DNA from: Tubulanus polymorphus
Taxonomy: Eukaryota > Animalia > Nemertea
Assembly (NCBI RefSeq): GCF_964204645.1
Contig: NC_134026.1
Coordinates: forward strand, 62,001-126,000
Reading direction: 5' to 3'
Length of the DNA: 64,000 nucleotides
How positions within the stretch are numbered: the first letter of the stretch is position 1; each line of letters starts with the position of its first letter. The translations under genes and the position numbers were made by a program. This document shows, piece by piece, positions 52,501 to 64,000 of the stretch. The notes under the pieces are model-generated. The model worked only from the letters and a program-made list of their open reading frames with translations, was not told the origin of the DNA and ran no database searches.

Positions 52501-55500
52501 GACTATTTTACCGCTGACCATCGCCTCAGTGATATATCACAGTTGACTCACAGCTGCCGCTGATAACGTTAATGTTCCATTAATTGGAATAATAGAATTA
52601 TTCGTTTATTCCAATGTGGAGAATAAATATCAGAATATTGAAACTCACTATATACAAATTCAACAGATTCAAAACTAAATTCAAGAATTGAAGACGCGCG
52701 CGCTCTCTAGAGACCACAGTCACGTGTGAAGAGATGAGGAAAGCGATAGGGCCACGAGTTAATAGAGTGAGTAGGTAATTAGTGTTCTGTAGGAAGGCAT
52801 GAAGTAATATCTACGTTGGACGTTGTTGGACTAATTACTTATTCGAATTCATTCATTTCTAGCTTACCTTTATTAAGTTCAAGTACAGCAGGACCATCGT
52901 CAGTATTCACTAGACCAATACAAGACGCATCTAGTGACATAGCAACCCGCATCGGTTGTCCTGGTTGCGGATCTTCGTAGATCTATTAAACATTAAAAAT
53001 CATTCGACATTAGTTTGAAAAATGACTTAGACATTAGTCATTAGACATAAGTCTTCGATCATATTGAAAACGAAGCTCGTAACTTACGAAACATCTGTAC
53101 ATTTTATGCCACATATTCTCGGATTCGAATCTACCGATCATGTATTTACCGCCGCTCGTCCATCGCGCCAAACATTTGAAATCATACACTGAAAAAAAAA
53201 ATAAATTCATCGACTTTAATTAAAAAAGTTTTCGTAGATTTTATTTACCTTTTCAGAGCATCAATAACTTACGACAAACATAATTCCACTAAAACTCATC
53301 CCATATTTTACGATCGACCCGTTGCCGCTGACCCGATAATACGTGCTATTGTGATTGTATGTAGCGGTGTCGGTTTTGATTGTGATTTATTGAGGAAAGA
53401 ACTTCCATAAAAGATATTGCTTACATCGATTTCGGATCATAGAAAGATGCATCAAAGTATCTCAAAAAGTTTGAGATAATCCCATCAGTAAAACACAGCT
53501 GTAAACCTGCTGTTAGTAGCGACAAGTGTATATATATATATATAAGTATTGCAGCCTATACCACGTGACTGAAGCCACCGTCTTGACTCAATTAATTCGT
53601 TTCCAAGCAACGCGCTGTACGTTTACGCGGAATTCCGTGACTTTTAAGTCTTAATTTCTCGAGAAATAGGATTATAGCAAAATGTTGGTTAATTTTCAAT
53701 CAGTTTTTGTGAATCGATATCTCGCACTAGTAGAGGAGAGGAGTAGTATGGCGGTGACGGGTTGGAGACCGCGGTGGTGCCGGTTTATGCGCGCGCACGT
53801 ACAGATGTTCAACTAGTCGGAAGAAGAAAATGAAGTATCGATCAGATATTCAATAATCGTCTTCAAAAGAGAATTGCGCAACATGTAGTTGTCGTCGGTG
53901 TGTCGGGTAATGGGTGGCATTTCACAAAAGCTAAATTGATTTTCAAGACGTTTCATCTTCTTTTAAAAAGACGAAATACAGGATGTCGGTTGTAGTACTC
54001 GATCGACATCGCGCCAGATTTACACTCGTCATATTGACCGTCAATGTGTGATAGTAAAAGTCTCGTATCGAGAATGAAAAAAGTCCGAAAAGTATCGTTG
54101 AGATAATCGGGTAGTTTATCGTTTTAAGAATACTGGGTAGTTTATTTCATTGACGTATTCAGCGAGGATGATTTCTATCGATACGTTGTATAAACTATTA
54201 TCACTTGGACAATTTCATTCTGATAGTGAAGTTTTCCATATTCTATCGTTACAGAATCAGGACCCAGTTCCAGAGTTCATTTTCAATGTTTTAACTCAGA
54301 GTCAAATCTGAACTCGGAACCGTGGAACTGGGTCCAGAGTGTTTCATTATAAACGGTGTGTGTAATAACGGTAGCGTTCTGTTTTGTTCGTAGTTTCAAT
54401 GATTCATTACAAAACGCGTATTGTCTACTTGCGTCATAATGACCGTCAAATGGCCGTCAGTGCATTTTCACTTCAGTTAGGTATTTACACTCGACAGCCG
54501 ATGTACGGCACACTTTGACGTCACGCGAAATACTTTCGTACCCTATGAGCCGATGTTATCAGGTTTTATGGAGTAAATGTTTTTTTTGCGACATGAAGAA
54601 TTCTCTCTAGTGCCTGAGAATGTTAATCGTTAATTTAAAATTTTTATTTTCCCAGGAGACACATTTTGACGATGTTCGACATTTTTCTAGAGAGGCGACT
54701 CATTCCTAAACCGTATTGTAGACGACGTCGACGAACGTCGTAAAATTCAATTTACATTCAGGCGCACTTTTTAAAAATGTTGTCAGTTAACGTATCGTGA
54801 TCGCTCGACAGATTCGAAATATCGCACGAACATGTTTCTTGACGAAAAAAACAACCTGCCGTCATATGCAAGTTTTACCTTTATCGTGAGAGTCCGGGAC
54901 GTTTTTACAACGTCTGAAGTGGAATCTATAATGCGCATCGCTCGCGCAGGCCGACAGTGACGACATCGGTTTATCACACATCAGTCCTGAACCGTTCGTG
55001 TAAGAGAATGTATAAGATCCTTGAAATATACACGGTATAGGCGTCGCTGGTTCTGTAAGTTCATAGAAAGAAAAAAAAACAAAAAAGAGACATGTTTTAG
55101 AATAGAATATTTTTACCGGTGGCATATAGCGTCGGCGTCAACAATCGCGTCGGTTGAGAGAACGGAAGATTGAATATAATCCTCGCTACAAATCCAGGAT
55201 TTATGCCAGCTTATTTCTGCTGGTGGTGGTGATTAAATTTGATTAATTTCTATCGCGATATATTCTCTCCGATTCGTCCGGTTTCTGACATGTGATACAA
55301 TTCATTACATTCAATCGTGCAGTATCAAATACACACAGTATCAGTAATCAACAGCGCGTGCGCACTGCTGCTACTGCTGCTGCTACTGTGTCCTTCCATT
55401 GACAAGCGACTGTTTACAATTCAATCGAAGAAAAACCCGACAATTATCATGAAAAACTCGACACGATTTTATTTCGAAAATGGTGCATAATTTTCATTCG

Positions 55501-56988
55501 ACTGTCTTTTAATTTGTGTGGATATTTCTGAGGTTTTTCTTCGATTCAACCACCTTTCATAACCATATACACTTTTTGTATCATTTCAAGCATGGAATTA
55601 CTCAGTTTTCACAAAATTCATCAAAATGAATATCCAGCGCAGTGGCTGGGAGGGGGGGGGTCACCGATCTTTCATCAATCCTGGATTTTGTGGGTTTGAA
55701 TCCTGGCGGTGGCAGAGTCTCTTGGTCAATGGTCTCCCCCCCCCCCCCCTAGATCGGACATAAGGACCCGAGAGTGGGTCTCAGTGGGTCCTGGGATGAC
55801 AAATACAGATATTTTCAAAATAAACGTTAACTTTGATCTCCAACAGTAAAAGAAGCTACTCGAATCAATGGATCACGTCTAAAATATGAATCGTCGAAAG
55901 CCACGTAAATGAATGTGAAGTAATAAGTAATTTTAGTATTTCGTTGTTTTGCTGTTTATCACATACAGTGAATGAATGCTCGGCTTACCTCGTATCAGTG
56001 TATACAGTCTAGCGTTTCCATGAATCAGCGAACACAGAGTTCCCAGATTCTTATACGCCAAACAGAAACCTGAGAAAAATAGAGAGAAGCGAATTATTAA
56101 ATAGGAGATTTTAGAGATGTCTACAGGGTAGAATAGATGATACCTGTACAATATCAGCAGCAGGAGCAGTGCGCGTTTTAATAATTCAACGCTTTAAGGA
56201 ATTCTCCGCTAATGTTGTTTGTGTCAAATAGAGATGAGCTTTGCGAGAAAATCTACCACAGAAATTGCAAAATATTCCGAATTCGATAGAACCGAATGCA
56301 TTATTGTATCTTTACGCTTAAAGGTGTCTGCGGGTGTTTGCTGATAGATTAGACTAATGTATCTGTATATATACTTAATAATTAGGGTAAAATCATATGT
56401 ATTTCTCTCAGTTTCAAGCGATCGGTGAAACTTATATATAATCAAATTATTGCCTTCATTAATTCTATGAATAAATCATCTATTGAATATAGCGATATCA
56501 TATGGTCATTATTATACAGTTCACTTTCAATATAGCTTCATAGATAATCAGTATATTATTTTCAAAAACAGTTCAGGCGCACTGTCAAATTTCAATGCTG
56601 TCTCAATAGGGGAATCATAAGTTTATTGTGTGGTTAGAAAAGTGTGTAAATTGACTTGGCAAATTTATCGGTAGGTGAATATCTTAGTAATCTACATTAA
56701 AACCCGCGAACTCCAGATGCATCGAATCCGGGATAGTTTGCAAGCTAGGGATATTTGGGAGGTCTGATAGCGAGAAATAATAATTTGATTTATTCAATGA
56801 TAGCATAAAATATGTAAATCTATAACTGGTTGTACATTGAAACATGACAATCATCAGGACCTCGGAAATCTATAATAATACGAGATCCAGGATATGATTG
56901 TTATTTTAATTCGAACTTACTTTCTTTGTATTGTAAGGCGTTGTGGTGCGATCGAGTAATGACCATACATCTATAACAGTCGCCTCCT
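46333..56988 (-). CDS. Gene A (spliced, 12 exons found, 5'-partial): Cys-rich cell-surface protein, DUF7044/DUF7042/DUF7043 (PTHR22255-like) family
   Basis: Twelve GT-AG exons (1516 nt) join in one open frame to a stop. Motifs: CYRCMVITRSHHNALQYKE, PCIFQGSYTFSY, CLARW..GKY, YRCF, AMSLDASCIGL, CTFPDWL..WHDL, CPFDGRY, CLSSW..TTY. Family name recalled from motifs, not searched. Confidence 0.85.
46810..46873. repeat. Short inverted repeat/hairpin in the last intron of gene A
   Basis: gattcacaatac / gtattgtgaatc arms, extended by cccggg at both ends. Confidence 0.7.
46989..47100 (-). CDS. Gene A exon (SFVEKDDSIMFSLDKACNMGTTPIVDKQIQYKLRGTA)
   Basis: tttttcag / gtaagc, 112 nt, phase 0->1. Confidence 0.82.
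47320..47417 (-). CDS. Gene A exon (DSSLTCLSSWSHNKTTYVIVKKVGSRGGGANCF)
   Basis: tttatag / gtaagt, 98 nt, phase 1->0; echoes the earlier C-L-x-x-W...Y...CF motif. Confidence 0.82.
47559..47658. mobile_element. MITE, same TIR family
   Basis: cctggatccagttc ... ctgtggaacttggacctgg. Confidence 0.6.
48733..48894 (-). CDS. Gene A exon (TKLTGNRCPFDGRY...SGCGDSSHLKVELSTCPSSIIS)
   Basis: attgtag / gtttgt, 162 nt; paralogous to 4441-4590. Confidence 0.87.
49220..49387. repeat. 20-bp minisatellite x8 (ggatagctgtgtatctggag)
   Basis: Direct inspection. Confidence 0.95.
49604..49678 (-). CDS. Gene A exon (GRPSSSLRDICDEGKFRRGTKNLLIP)
   Basis: attccag / gtaagt, 75 nt; paralogous to 4766-4840. Confidence 0.85.
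50570..50634 (-). CDS. Gene A exon (ETKYQCIRIFQRSVEVVEFHRG)
   Basis: cttgtag / gtaaat, 65 nt; paralogous to 15974-16038. Confidence 0.87.
51609..51867 (-). CDS. Gene A exon (ERATANHRETACTFPDWLSAEHAKWHDLS...LFQAISETTTSEC)
   Basis: ttttacag / gtaagg, 259 nt, phase 1->2; paralogous to 25933-26182. Confidence 0.9.
51926..52028. mobile_element. MITE, same TIR family
   Basis: cagaacccagtttcacagtt ... aactgtggcaccgggtcctg. Confidence 0.65.
52868..52982 (-). CDS. Gene A exon (IYEDPQPGQPMRVAMSLDASCIGLVNTDDGPAVLELNK)
   Basis: ttaatag / gtaagc, 115 nt; paralogous to 28419-28530. Confidence 0.9.
53088..53188 (-). CDS. Gene A exon (VYDFKCLARWTSGGKYMIGRFESENMWHKMYRCF)
   Basis: tttttcag / gtaagt, 101 nt; paralogous to 29153-29253. 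Confidence 0.9.
54258..54337. mobile_element. MITE, same TIR family
   Basis: caggacccagttcca ... tggaactgggtccag. Confidence 0.7.
54879..55052 (-). CDS. Gene A exon (EPATPIPCIFQGSYTFSYTNGSG...FHFRRCKNVPDSHDK)
   Basis: cttacag / gtaaaa, 174 nt; paralogous to 29574-29744. Confidence 0.9.
55989..56069 (-). CDS. Gene A exon (SFCLAYKNLGTLCSLIHGNARLYTLIR)
   Basis: ttctcag / gtaagc, 81 nt, phase 1->1; paralogous to 29917-29994. Confidence 0.88.
56921..56988 (-). CDS. Gene A exon (GGDCYRCMVITRSHHNALQYKE)
   Basis: tttacag acceptor, gtaagt donor, 68 nt, phase 2->1; paralogous to 30941-31008. Confidence 0.88.
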
Positions 56989-58596
56989 CTGTAAATATAG
57001 AACGAAAAAAAAAATCATATTTAGTTAACTTTATATAAATACGTATGATGTGTGGGTCCGATTACTGATAGTTATTGTTCTGATTAGATTCCTGGTAGAG
57101 AGACAGATCAACGGGAAAAAAGAAACATCGCCGCGAAAATATGCGGTTTTTATTTCATAATAATAATACGTATCTTTTATAAATATCTACATCGTTTGAA
57201 AGCCAGAAATAACATCGTTAAAGTTCATACAAAAAGCTTTGATTGAAATATATCAGATCGACTGCGGATAAACTTTATGTAATTGAATGTTGGGGTCAAA
57301 AAGCTATCTGACATCATCTCTACGATTGTGTATTATATTTGACAGTTGATGTTACTGTATCCTAAAAACTCTTCCATCATGAAATGCCGATCAGTTGTCG
57401 GAATTGTGATTATCTCCTCCCTACTGTTCGTCTACTACTTCTATATATGCAATTTTTTCTATTCGCGGAGAAGAAGAAATAAATTCACGCAAAACAACGC
57501 GTCAATCTTATTTAGATTTGAATAGGTCTGAAACCGTTGCCGCTGATCCAATTATGCAATGTCCCATCAATTTTCTTAATGTGTCACTATCTAGTCGGGT
57601 TACTTAGCCCATGGGATTAATTCTAGGTGTGAGTATACGTCTAAAATGCGGATCACGTCGAATCAGGTTGTCGTAGGCTTATTTGATGGACCAACTTTCC
57701 ATCTGCAGAATGCTAATCGCCCAGGGGGACCGGAACTCATCCGAGGATTTTATACGTAAGGTAACCTGGCGCACTGTCACCGACATCACCGGCACCGGCA
57801 CTGATGGAATTTCAGTCTCAAACCGTACGATGACAGACGACAGCTCTCGCTCGAGGTCGTCACAGGTTTCACAAAAGGTTTTTCAAGAGTGAATCAGGAG
57901 TTAAAAGCATTGTGTAGTAGATATCAGCGGAACAAAGCTTTGACGACGTGTCTTTGTGAAAAGTATCGCATTTTTATGAGGGTCACGATGTTTATTTTCA
58001 GTAGCGGAGACATTTATTGCGCATCAACAAGACTACCGGTATTTGATGAGCATGTCTTTTAATCAGGAGGCCTTGATGAATAAATACCCGGAATCGTGGA
58101 AACAACATGCGGGATCGAATGCGCAACCTTGAGTTCATTTCAGTCATTGCAGGTCAAAATATTCAGAGCCAGTTGTATTCTCTATGCCAGACGATGTTGA
58201 TAGCGAATATTTCATCTCAGACTGGATATTCAAAAGAAAGTTCCCAGATCGAGAAACTTTAAAAACTGATTTCATTTCCCGATACAAAACCTTCTTTGAT
58301 AACAACATGTAACAAAAAACAAGTATTTTGCTGCAAAATATATCAATATGATACTAATTACTTTAATACTAAATTCATCTTAATAAAGTATTTTATTTAA
58401 AATAAATCAAAATAAAAGTATATTACTGTAGATTATATCAATTTGAAAATTTCATTTTACTGCAATTTTATGTATGACATGGGACAAAGATGGAGAAATG
58501 ATTCGTTACACTAATGAACCCCATAAATTGCGAGCTTCAACATTCAATATTCAAGAGTTGATTGTCAGTCACTTTGTGCAGCAGTAACTGTATCTC

Positions 58597-58640
58597 GCAC
58601 TGGACAGCACCGGACAGCGCTGGACAGCACCGGACAGCAC
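58597..58640. repeat. 10-bp tandem repeat x4 (yggacagcrc)
   Basis: Direct inspection. Confidence 0.85.
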
Positions 58641-59686
58641 GTCTATGACTGAATGAATTGAACTCACTTATCAATTATACATAATAAAGTTAACCGTCGT
58701 TGGTTCGGTCTCAAGTTAACGGTCACATTCGATCATTTGTAATTCAACGCTGACAGTTTGTGGCGCAGATGTTTGTAGTCTTAGTTTGAGACTATCGGTT
58801 GACATCCTACAGTCTCCCGAGAGAGAATGAGACACCGATGAATCTTTCTACAGATCACAGCGTGTATATGTATCAAACACAGTCCTGGGTCGAGTCGTTC
58901 TTTGATTTGCGATAATGAAAGCTAGTCTAAAAAAGATCCATATTCCCCGCATACAACAACGTTTTGTAACAAAAGCAATAGCAGCAATATTCGTCTAAAG
59001 TGGCCACAGCCGCATCGATTCAGATCCGTGGTATCATTGATGCGTAATGCATACCAATGCGTCCATTGTACAGCACCAAGCGTTCCACTTAGTCTATAAA
59101 ATATCGTGGAAGCGTTAATCTTTCGAGACAGATCGTATTTCCAGTTGTAATTCTTTGGCTGTCGTTATTTCTAAGCCGCCCGTATATCGACTGTAGAATC
59201 ATCGCCGACTCGACAAGTTACCGCGCTTTTTATATTTGATAAAGTGTTGTACTGAACGGCGGCGTGTAAAGAGCGAAATCTGTCCATTTTTCTCGCTCGA
59301 TTACGGTATGAAGGACTCGGATAAGAAGCCGGTGTCCGGCTCCCGGTAAAGGACTGTAGTTGATGACTCGTCACCGTCGCGTATATCACCGGCAAGAGAA
59401 AACATATTATCATTGATCGATGGCGCCGGTGTCGGCAGCAGCGGCGGCCATGTTGTTTTGTTTTCAAGGTAACATCGAAGTAAATCCCAATCAAGTCGGT
59501 AAATACCCTTCAAATCCATCGGATTCTATGTAATAACACAGGATTCGAAAGTTTCAAGGAAATGTAACGATTTTAAAGCTTCGGATGAATAAATTCAATT
59601 CATTCAGCCGTTCTTAGTCCCGGATGTCAGCGAGACTCAAGTCGCATCCATGGAAGACAAAATAACAAGTTTCAAATATTCGTTTT

Positions 59687-60565
59687 TCAGATATCCACAC
59701 AGCACCTATTCGTGACTGGTGGATTCAGATATCCACACTGCACCTATTCATGACTGGTGGATTCAGATATCCACACTGCACCTATTCGTGACTGGTGGAT
59801 TCAGATATCCACACTGCACCTATTCGTGACTGGTGGATTCAGATATCCACACTGCACCTATTCGTGACTGGTGGATTCAGATATCCACACTGCACCTATT
59901 CGTGACTGGTGGATTCAGATATCCACACTGCACCTATTCGTGACTGGTGGATTCAGATATCCACACTGCACCTATTCGTGACTGGTGGATTCAGATATCC
60001 ACACCGCACCTATTCGTGACTGGTGGATTCAGATATCCACACTGCACCTATTCGTGACTGGTGGATTCAGATATCCACACCGCACCTATTCGTGACTGGT
60101 GGATTCAGATATCCACACTGCACCTATTCGTGACTAGTGGATTCAGATATCCACACCACACCTATTCGTGACTGGTGGATTCAGATATCCACACTGCACC
60201 TATTCGTGACTGGTGGATTCAGATATCCACTGCACCTATTCGTGACTGGTGGATTCAGATATCCACTGCACCTATTCGTGACTGGTGGATTCAGATATCC
60301 ACACTGCACCTATTCGTGACTGGTGGATTCAGATATCCACACTGCACCTATTCGTGACTGGTGGATTCAGATATCCACACTGCACCTATTCGTGACTGGT
60401 GGATTCAGATATCCACACTGCACCTATTCGTGACTGGTGGATTCAGATATCCACACCGCACCTATTCGTGACTGGTGGATTCAGATATCCACACTGCACC
60501 TATTCGTGACTGGTGGATTCAGATATCCACACCGCACCTATTCGTGACTGGTGGATTCAGATATC
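59687..60565. repeat. 38-bp minisatellite, ~23 copies (tcagatatccacactgcacctattcgtgactggtggat)
   Basis: Near-identical head-to-tail units, no spacers. Confidence 0.98.
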
Positions 60566-61457
60566 TACGTTTCTTTTCCATCACCATAACTACAGGCTGC
60601 GAATCCGTACAATAGGCAGTGCGGCTGCGGCAAGCGAGGGTATAACTGATGTGACTTGACGAACACCATTTATAGACAGTGATCACAGTGAATTTATACT
60701 AATTACCCAATAACGTGTACACGGCGATATTTTGCAAATGGATTTCCTCCGCCGGCACAACTGTCGGTTTTCACGTTGTAAAATATTACCCAGATGTAAG
60801 TGTTTCTATAATGACTATTTGAGGCTTCTATTAAATTCTAGTAGCAAATTATACGTTCGTTTTTACTCGCTGAGATACGAGGTATAGCCGCAAGGATGAA
60901 GTAATATAGTTGAATTGAGAATTTGTATTGATAAGGATTTTTATTCAAAAGAGGGGTTGGAGGTTAAGCCAGAGAGGGGTCTCTGATCCGGATGGCTGAT
61001 CTTGAAGAAGGAAGGGCTCCACAAGTCAGGGGTAGATTATTACTAGAATTGACTGTTTTTGTTTTTTCATGAAAGTAGAATCTGATTAACATTTACTGAA
61101 GCACCGTGTGCTCTCCTCGCAATCGAACCTAATGACCTATTGGCTTGAAGTGTATTTAACTACAGACTCTTAGAGTAGTAACATTGAGTGTATGTCAGGT
61201 ATATATGTACAGAACTGATAATACACACATCAGTTCTCTGATTACTGTGAGTTCTTTCTATAACTAGCGATCAATCGTTATTCGCTTATGAAAAAAGATT
61301 GATTTAACGGATTATTCAATGATTAACCTCCAGGTTTATACATATAGCTACAGATGCTTCATCACGCCATGTCGCGAATTAACCCTTTCCTTTCAATACC
61401 GAGCTAAATATCGATACAACAAAACACTGAGTCGTGTGCGTTGTGTGCGTATTACAT

Positions 61458-62277
61458 CCCTGCTCCATCCCCCACTCTCCACTCTCCACTCACTGCCCTG
61501 CTCCATCCCCCACTCTCCATTCACTGCCCTGCTCCATCCCCCACTCTCCATTCACTGCCCTGCTCCATCCCCCACTCTCCACTCACTCCCCTGCTCCATC
61601 CCCCACTCTCCACTCACTCCCCTGCTCCATCCCCCACTCTCCACTCACTCCTCTGCTCCATCCCCCACTCTCCATTCACTCCCCTGCTCCATTCCCCACT
61701 CCCCACTCACTCCCCTGCTCCATCCCCCACTCTCCACTCACTCACCTGCTCCATCCCCCACTCTCCACTCACTCCCTGCTCCATCCCCCACTCTCCATTC
61801 ACTCCCCTGCTCCATTCCCCACTCCCCACTCACTCCCCTGCTCCATCCCCCACTCTCCACTCACTCCCCTTCTCCATTCCCCACTCCCCACTCTCCATTC
61901 ACTCACTCCCTGCTCCATTCCCCACTCTCCACTCACTGCCCTGCTCCATCCCCCACTCTCCATTCACTCCCCTGCTCCATTCCCCACTCTCCACTCACTC
62001 CCCTGCTCCATCCCCCACTCTCCACTCACTCCCCTGCTCCATTCCCCACTCTCCACTCACTCCCCTGCTCCATCCCCCACTCTCCACTCACTCCTCTGCT
62101 CCATCCCCCACTCTCCATTCACTCCCCTGCTCCATTCCCCACTCTCCACTCACTCCCCTGCTCCATCCCCCACTCTCCACTCACTCCTCTGCTCCATCCC
62201 CCACTCTCCATTCACTCCCCTGCTCCATCCCCCACTCTCCACTCACTCCCCTTCTCCATTCCCCACTCCCCACTCTC
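61458..62277. repeat. ~31-bp C-rich minisatellite, ~26 copies (ccctgctccatcccccactctccactcactc)
   Basis: Direct inspection; explains the three overlapping long ORFs. Confidence 0.97.
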
Positions 62278-62790
62278 CTCATTATCTGTCTCTAAAATCA
62301 ACGGGCAAAACTGCGTCAACATGTCGTACATTACGGACAACTGTGGCAATACGGGATATCGACAAATTAAAGTTCTTGAATTACTCGTTTGATGGCGCTA
62401 GTCAGAACCGGAAATTGGACACTAAATCCGCCATGCTCTAGTTCATTTGCAATGAAATCTCTCGCTTCAAGTTTTCAATGAGCGATATTTTACTTACTAT
62501 ATATCGTCACCCATAATCCTTTAAATATGTAATCCTACCGCTACGTTGGATATGATAAAACCTCACTGCAAAGGCTAGAAATCACTATAAATGTCCTAAC
62601 ATTATCAAAAAACATTTTGCAACTCCTGACGATGTGAAGACTGGTTGCCAGGTATCACATGGTGGCAGCACTTGACGGGCCAATTTTGATTGTTGGTTCG
62701 AGTCCTGGTACTTTTCATATTTTCATTATGAATCTACGAGTTTAGTCCTTCTAAAATCAATTTTAGTTCATAATATTATTTCATATTTAA

Positions 62791-62992
62791 CTGTGGCAAT
62801 AGAGGGTTCCACTTGTGGCAAGTGAGGATCCACCAAGTTCGCTAGTGTGCAGTGGGACATGAACTACTGCAGCAATAGAAGGTTCCACTTGTGGTAAGTG
62901 AGGATCCACCAGGTGTCGCTAGTGTGCAGTAGGACATCAACTACTGCAGCAATAGAGGGTTCCACTTGTGGCAAGTGAGGATCCGCCAGGTG
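62791..62992 (+). repeat. 76-77-bp tandem repeat, ~2.6 copies, built from the dispersed ~60-bp element
   Basis: gcaatagagggttccacttgtggcaagtgaggatccacc... recurs at 62796, 62872 and 62949. Confidence 0.9.
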
Positions 62993-64000
62993 TTGGAACA
63001 TGTGCATTCGAACAACGGCTCCAGGATTTCATATCGGATTCAATACAAATCTATCCACAATTTCTCGAATTCTAGCGGGATAGAGGATCTGCTCGCGATC
63101 TTTCATACATTCTCATCCAAAGCCCAAACGAGACGTAATTTTTGTCGCGAAGAAAACATTTTCGGACGAACAAATTTGACGTTTGAAAACATGTACGGAG
63201 ACCATGACAACATTGAAAAATCGAAAACAGACCTAGTTGAAATGTCAAAGCTGATTTACTCGGGTTTTTCCTTTTTATGTCAAACAGAAAAATTATCGGA
63301 CGTGTTTATTTTCGCTGCTACGGGCCACTAAATCTGTCAATAACTGTTCTTGTTCACGAGAATTAAACGGGTAATTTGCCACCCGAGAATACACCGATTC
63401 GTAATGGCTGAAATACACGAATTATAACCCTAGGCTCGGTCTGTATTAACCTTAGGTTGTATTTTAAATTCTTTGATGAATGTAATATATTTTAACAGTA
63501 ATACGAAATACTATATCGACGCAATCGCGTGGGGAATTAAATACCCTATCATCAGCATTCACATATCATGTACGCCTCTAGCAGATGATGTCAAATTGTA
63601 CTGCGCCACGTCAGGACTCCTCAAGGGGATACATTCGATTATTATCAAGCCTTACCTTAGAAGGGCGGAGGTCTACAATCAAGGAATTATAGGCGATAAA
63701 TACTGAACTGTAAGCGAGCGCCATTGATTTTGTTTGTTCGCTTTGGAAGTTTATAAATAATTTAAAACTATTAACGATTTTAGAGTTATTCGCTTTGAGC
63801 CATCTCTGAACTTTATTCAGCTATAACAATACCGCAGAAGAATAATCTTTATATCCGTTTCGTTTTTTTTGACTAATCAAGTACGTAGCGCTTGAGCAGC
63901 GGTTCGATATATTCGCCGGGAACAGTGCGATCTTATCGAGCAGTTTAAAAACCGATAGTTCTCACGGAAATGGACGAAGCGAACAGGTCCACCGCCGCGT

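Noticed and set aside
57066-57130. RCFFFPVDLSLYQE... as gene A's missing CxFP exon or a 26-nt micro-exon
   Set aside because: Lacks the conserved G-x-W, no convincing upstream acceptor, weak donor; likely chance
60137-60357. Repetitive ORFs in the 38-bp array
   Set aside because: Translation artefacts of the tandem repeat
59687-60565. CRISPR-like array (38-bp partly palindromic repeats)
   Set aside because: Units are contiguous with no unique spacers, no cas genes, and the context is eukaryotic
61319-62441. Three overlapping 284-357 aa Pro/His/Ser-rich ORFs
   Set aside because: Open in all three frames because the C-rich minisatellite lacks stop codons
62966-63331. 121-aa plus-strand ORF
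   Set aside because: Non-ATG start inside a repeat and no recognisable domain

Overview
Eukaryotic (metazoan, probably invertebrate) genomic DNA: AT-rich, microsatellite-rich, with GT-AG introns. Most ORF-track entries are spurious. Manual splicing of the minus strand gives two tandem paralogous multi-exon genes for Cys-rich extracellular proteins. From memory their motifs match the uncharacterised DUF7044/DUF7042/DUF7043 (PANTHER PTHR22255, LP06548p-like) family; no search was run. Gene A: 12 exons found, 56988->46333, 5' end not found, ending in a hydrophobic GPI-like tail. Gene B: 11 exons found, 44783->4441, starting with a signal peptide; its last exons probably lie left of the window. 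Nine exon pairs keep identical splice phases and near-identical sizes, but two B introns are about 10x longer than A's. The rest is intronic/intergenic: a ~80-150 bp MITE family, tRNA-derived SINE-like heads, a short motif reused in several repeat architectures, and 38-bp, 31-bp and 20-bp minisatellites. No prokaryotic genes, CRISPR arrays or autonomous transposon ORFs were seen.
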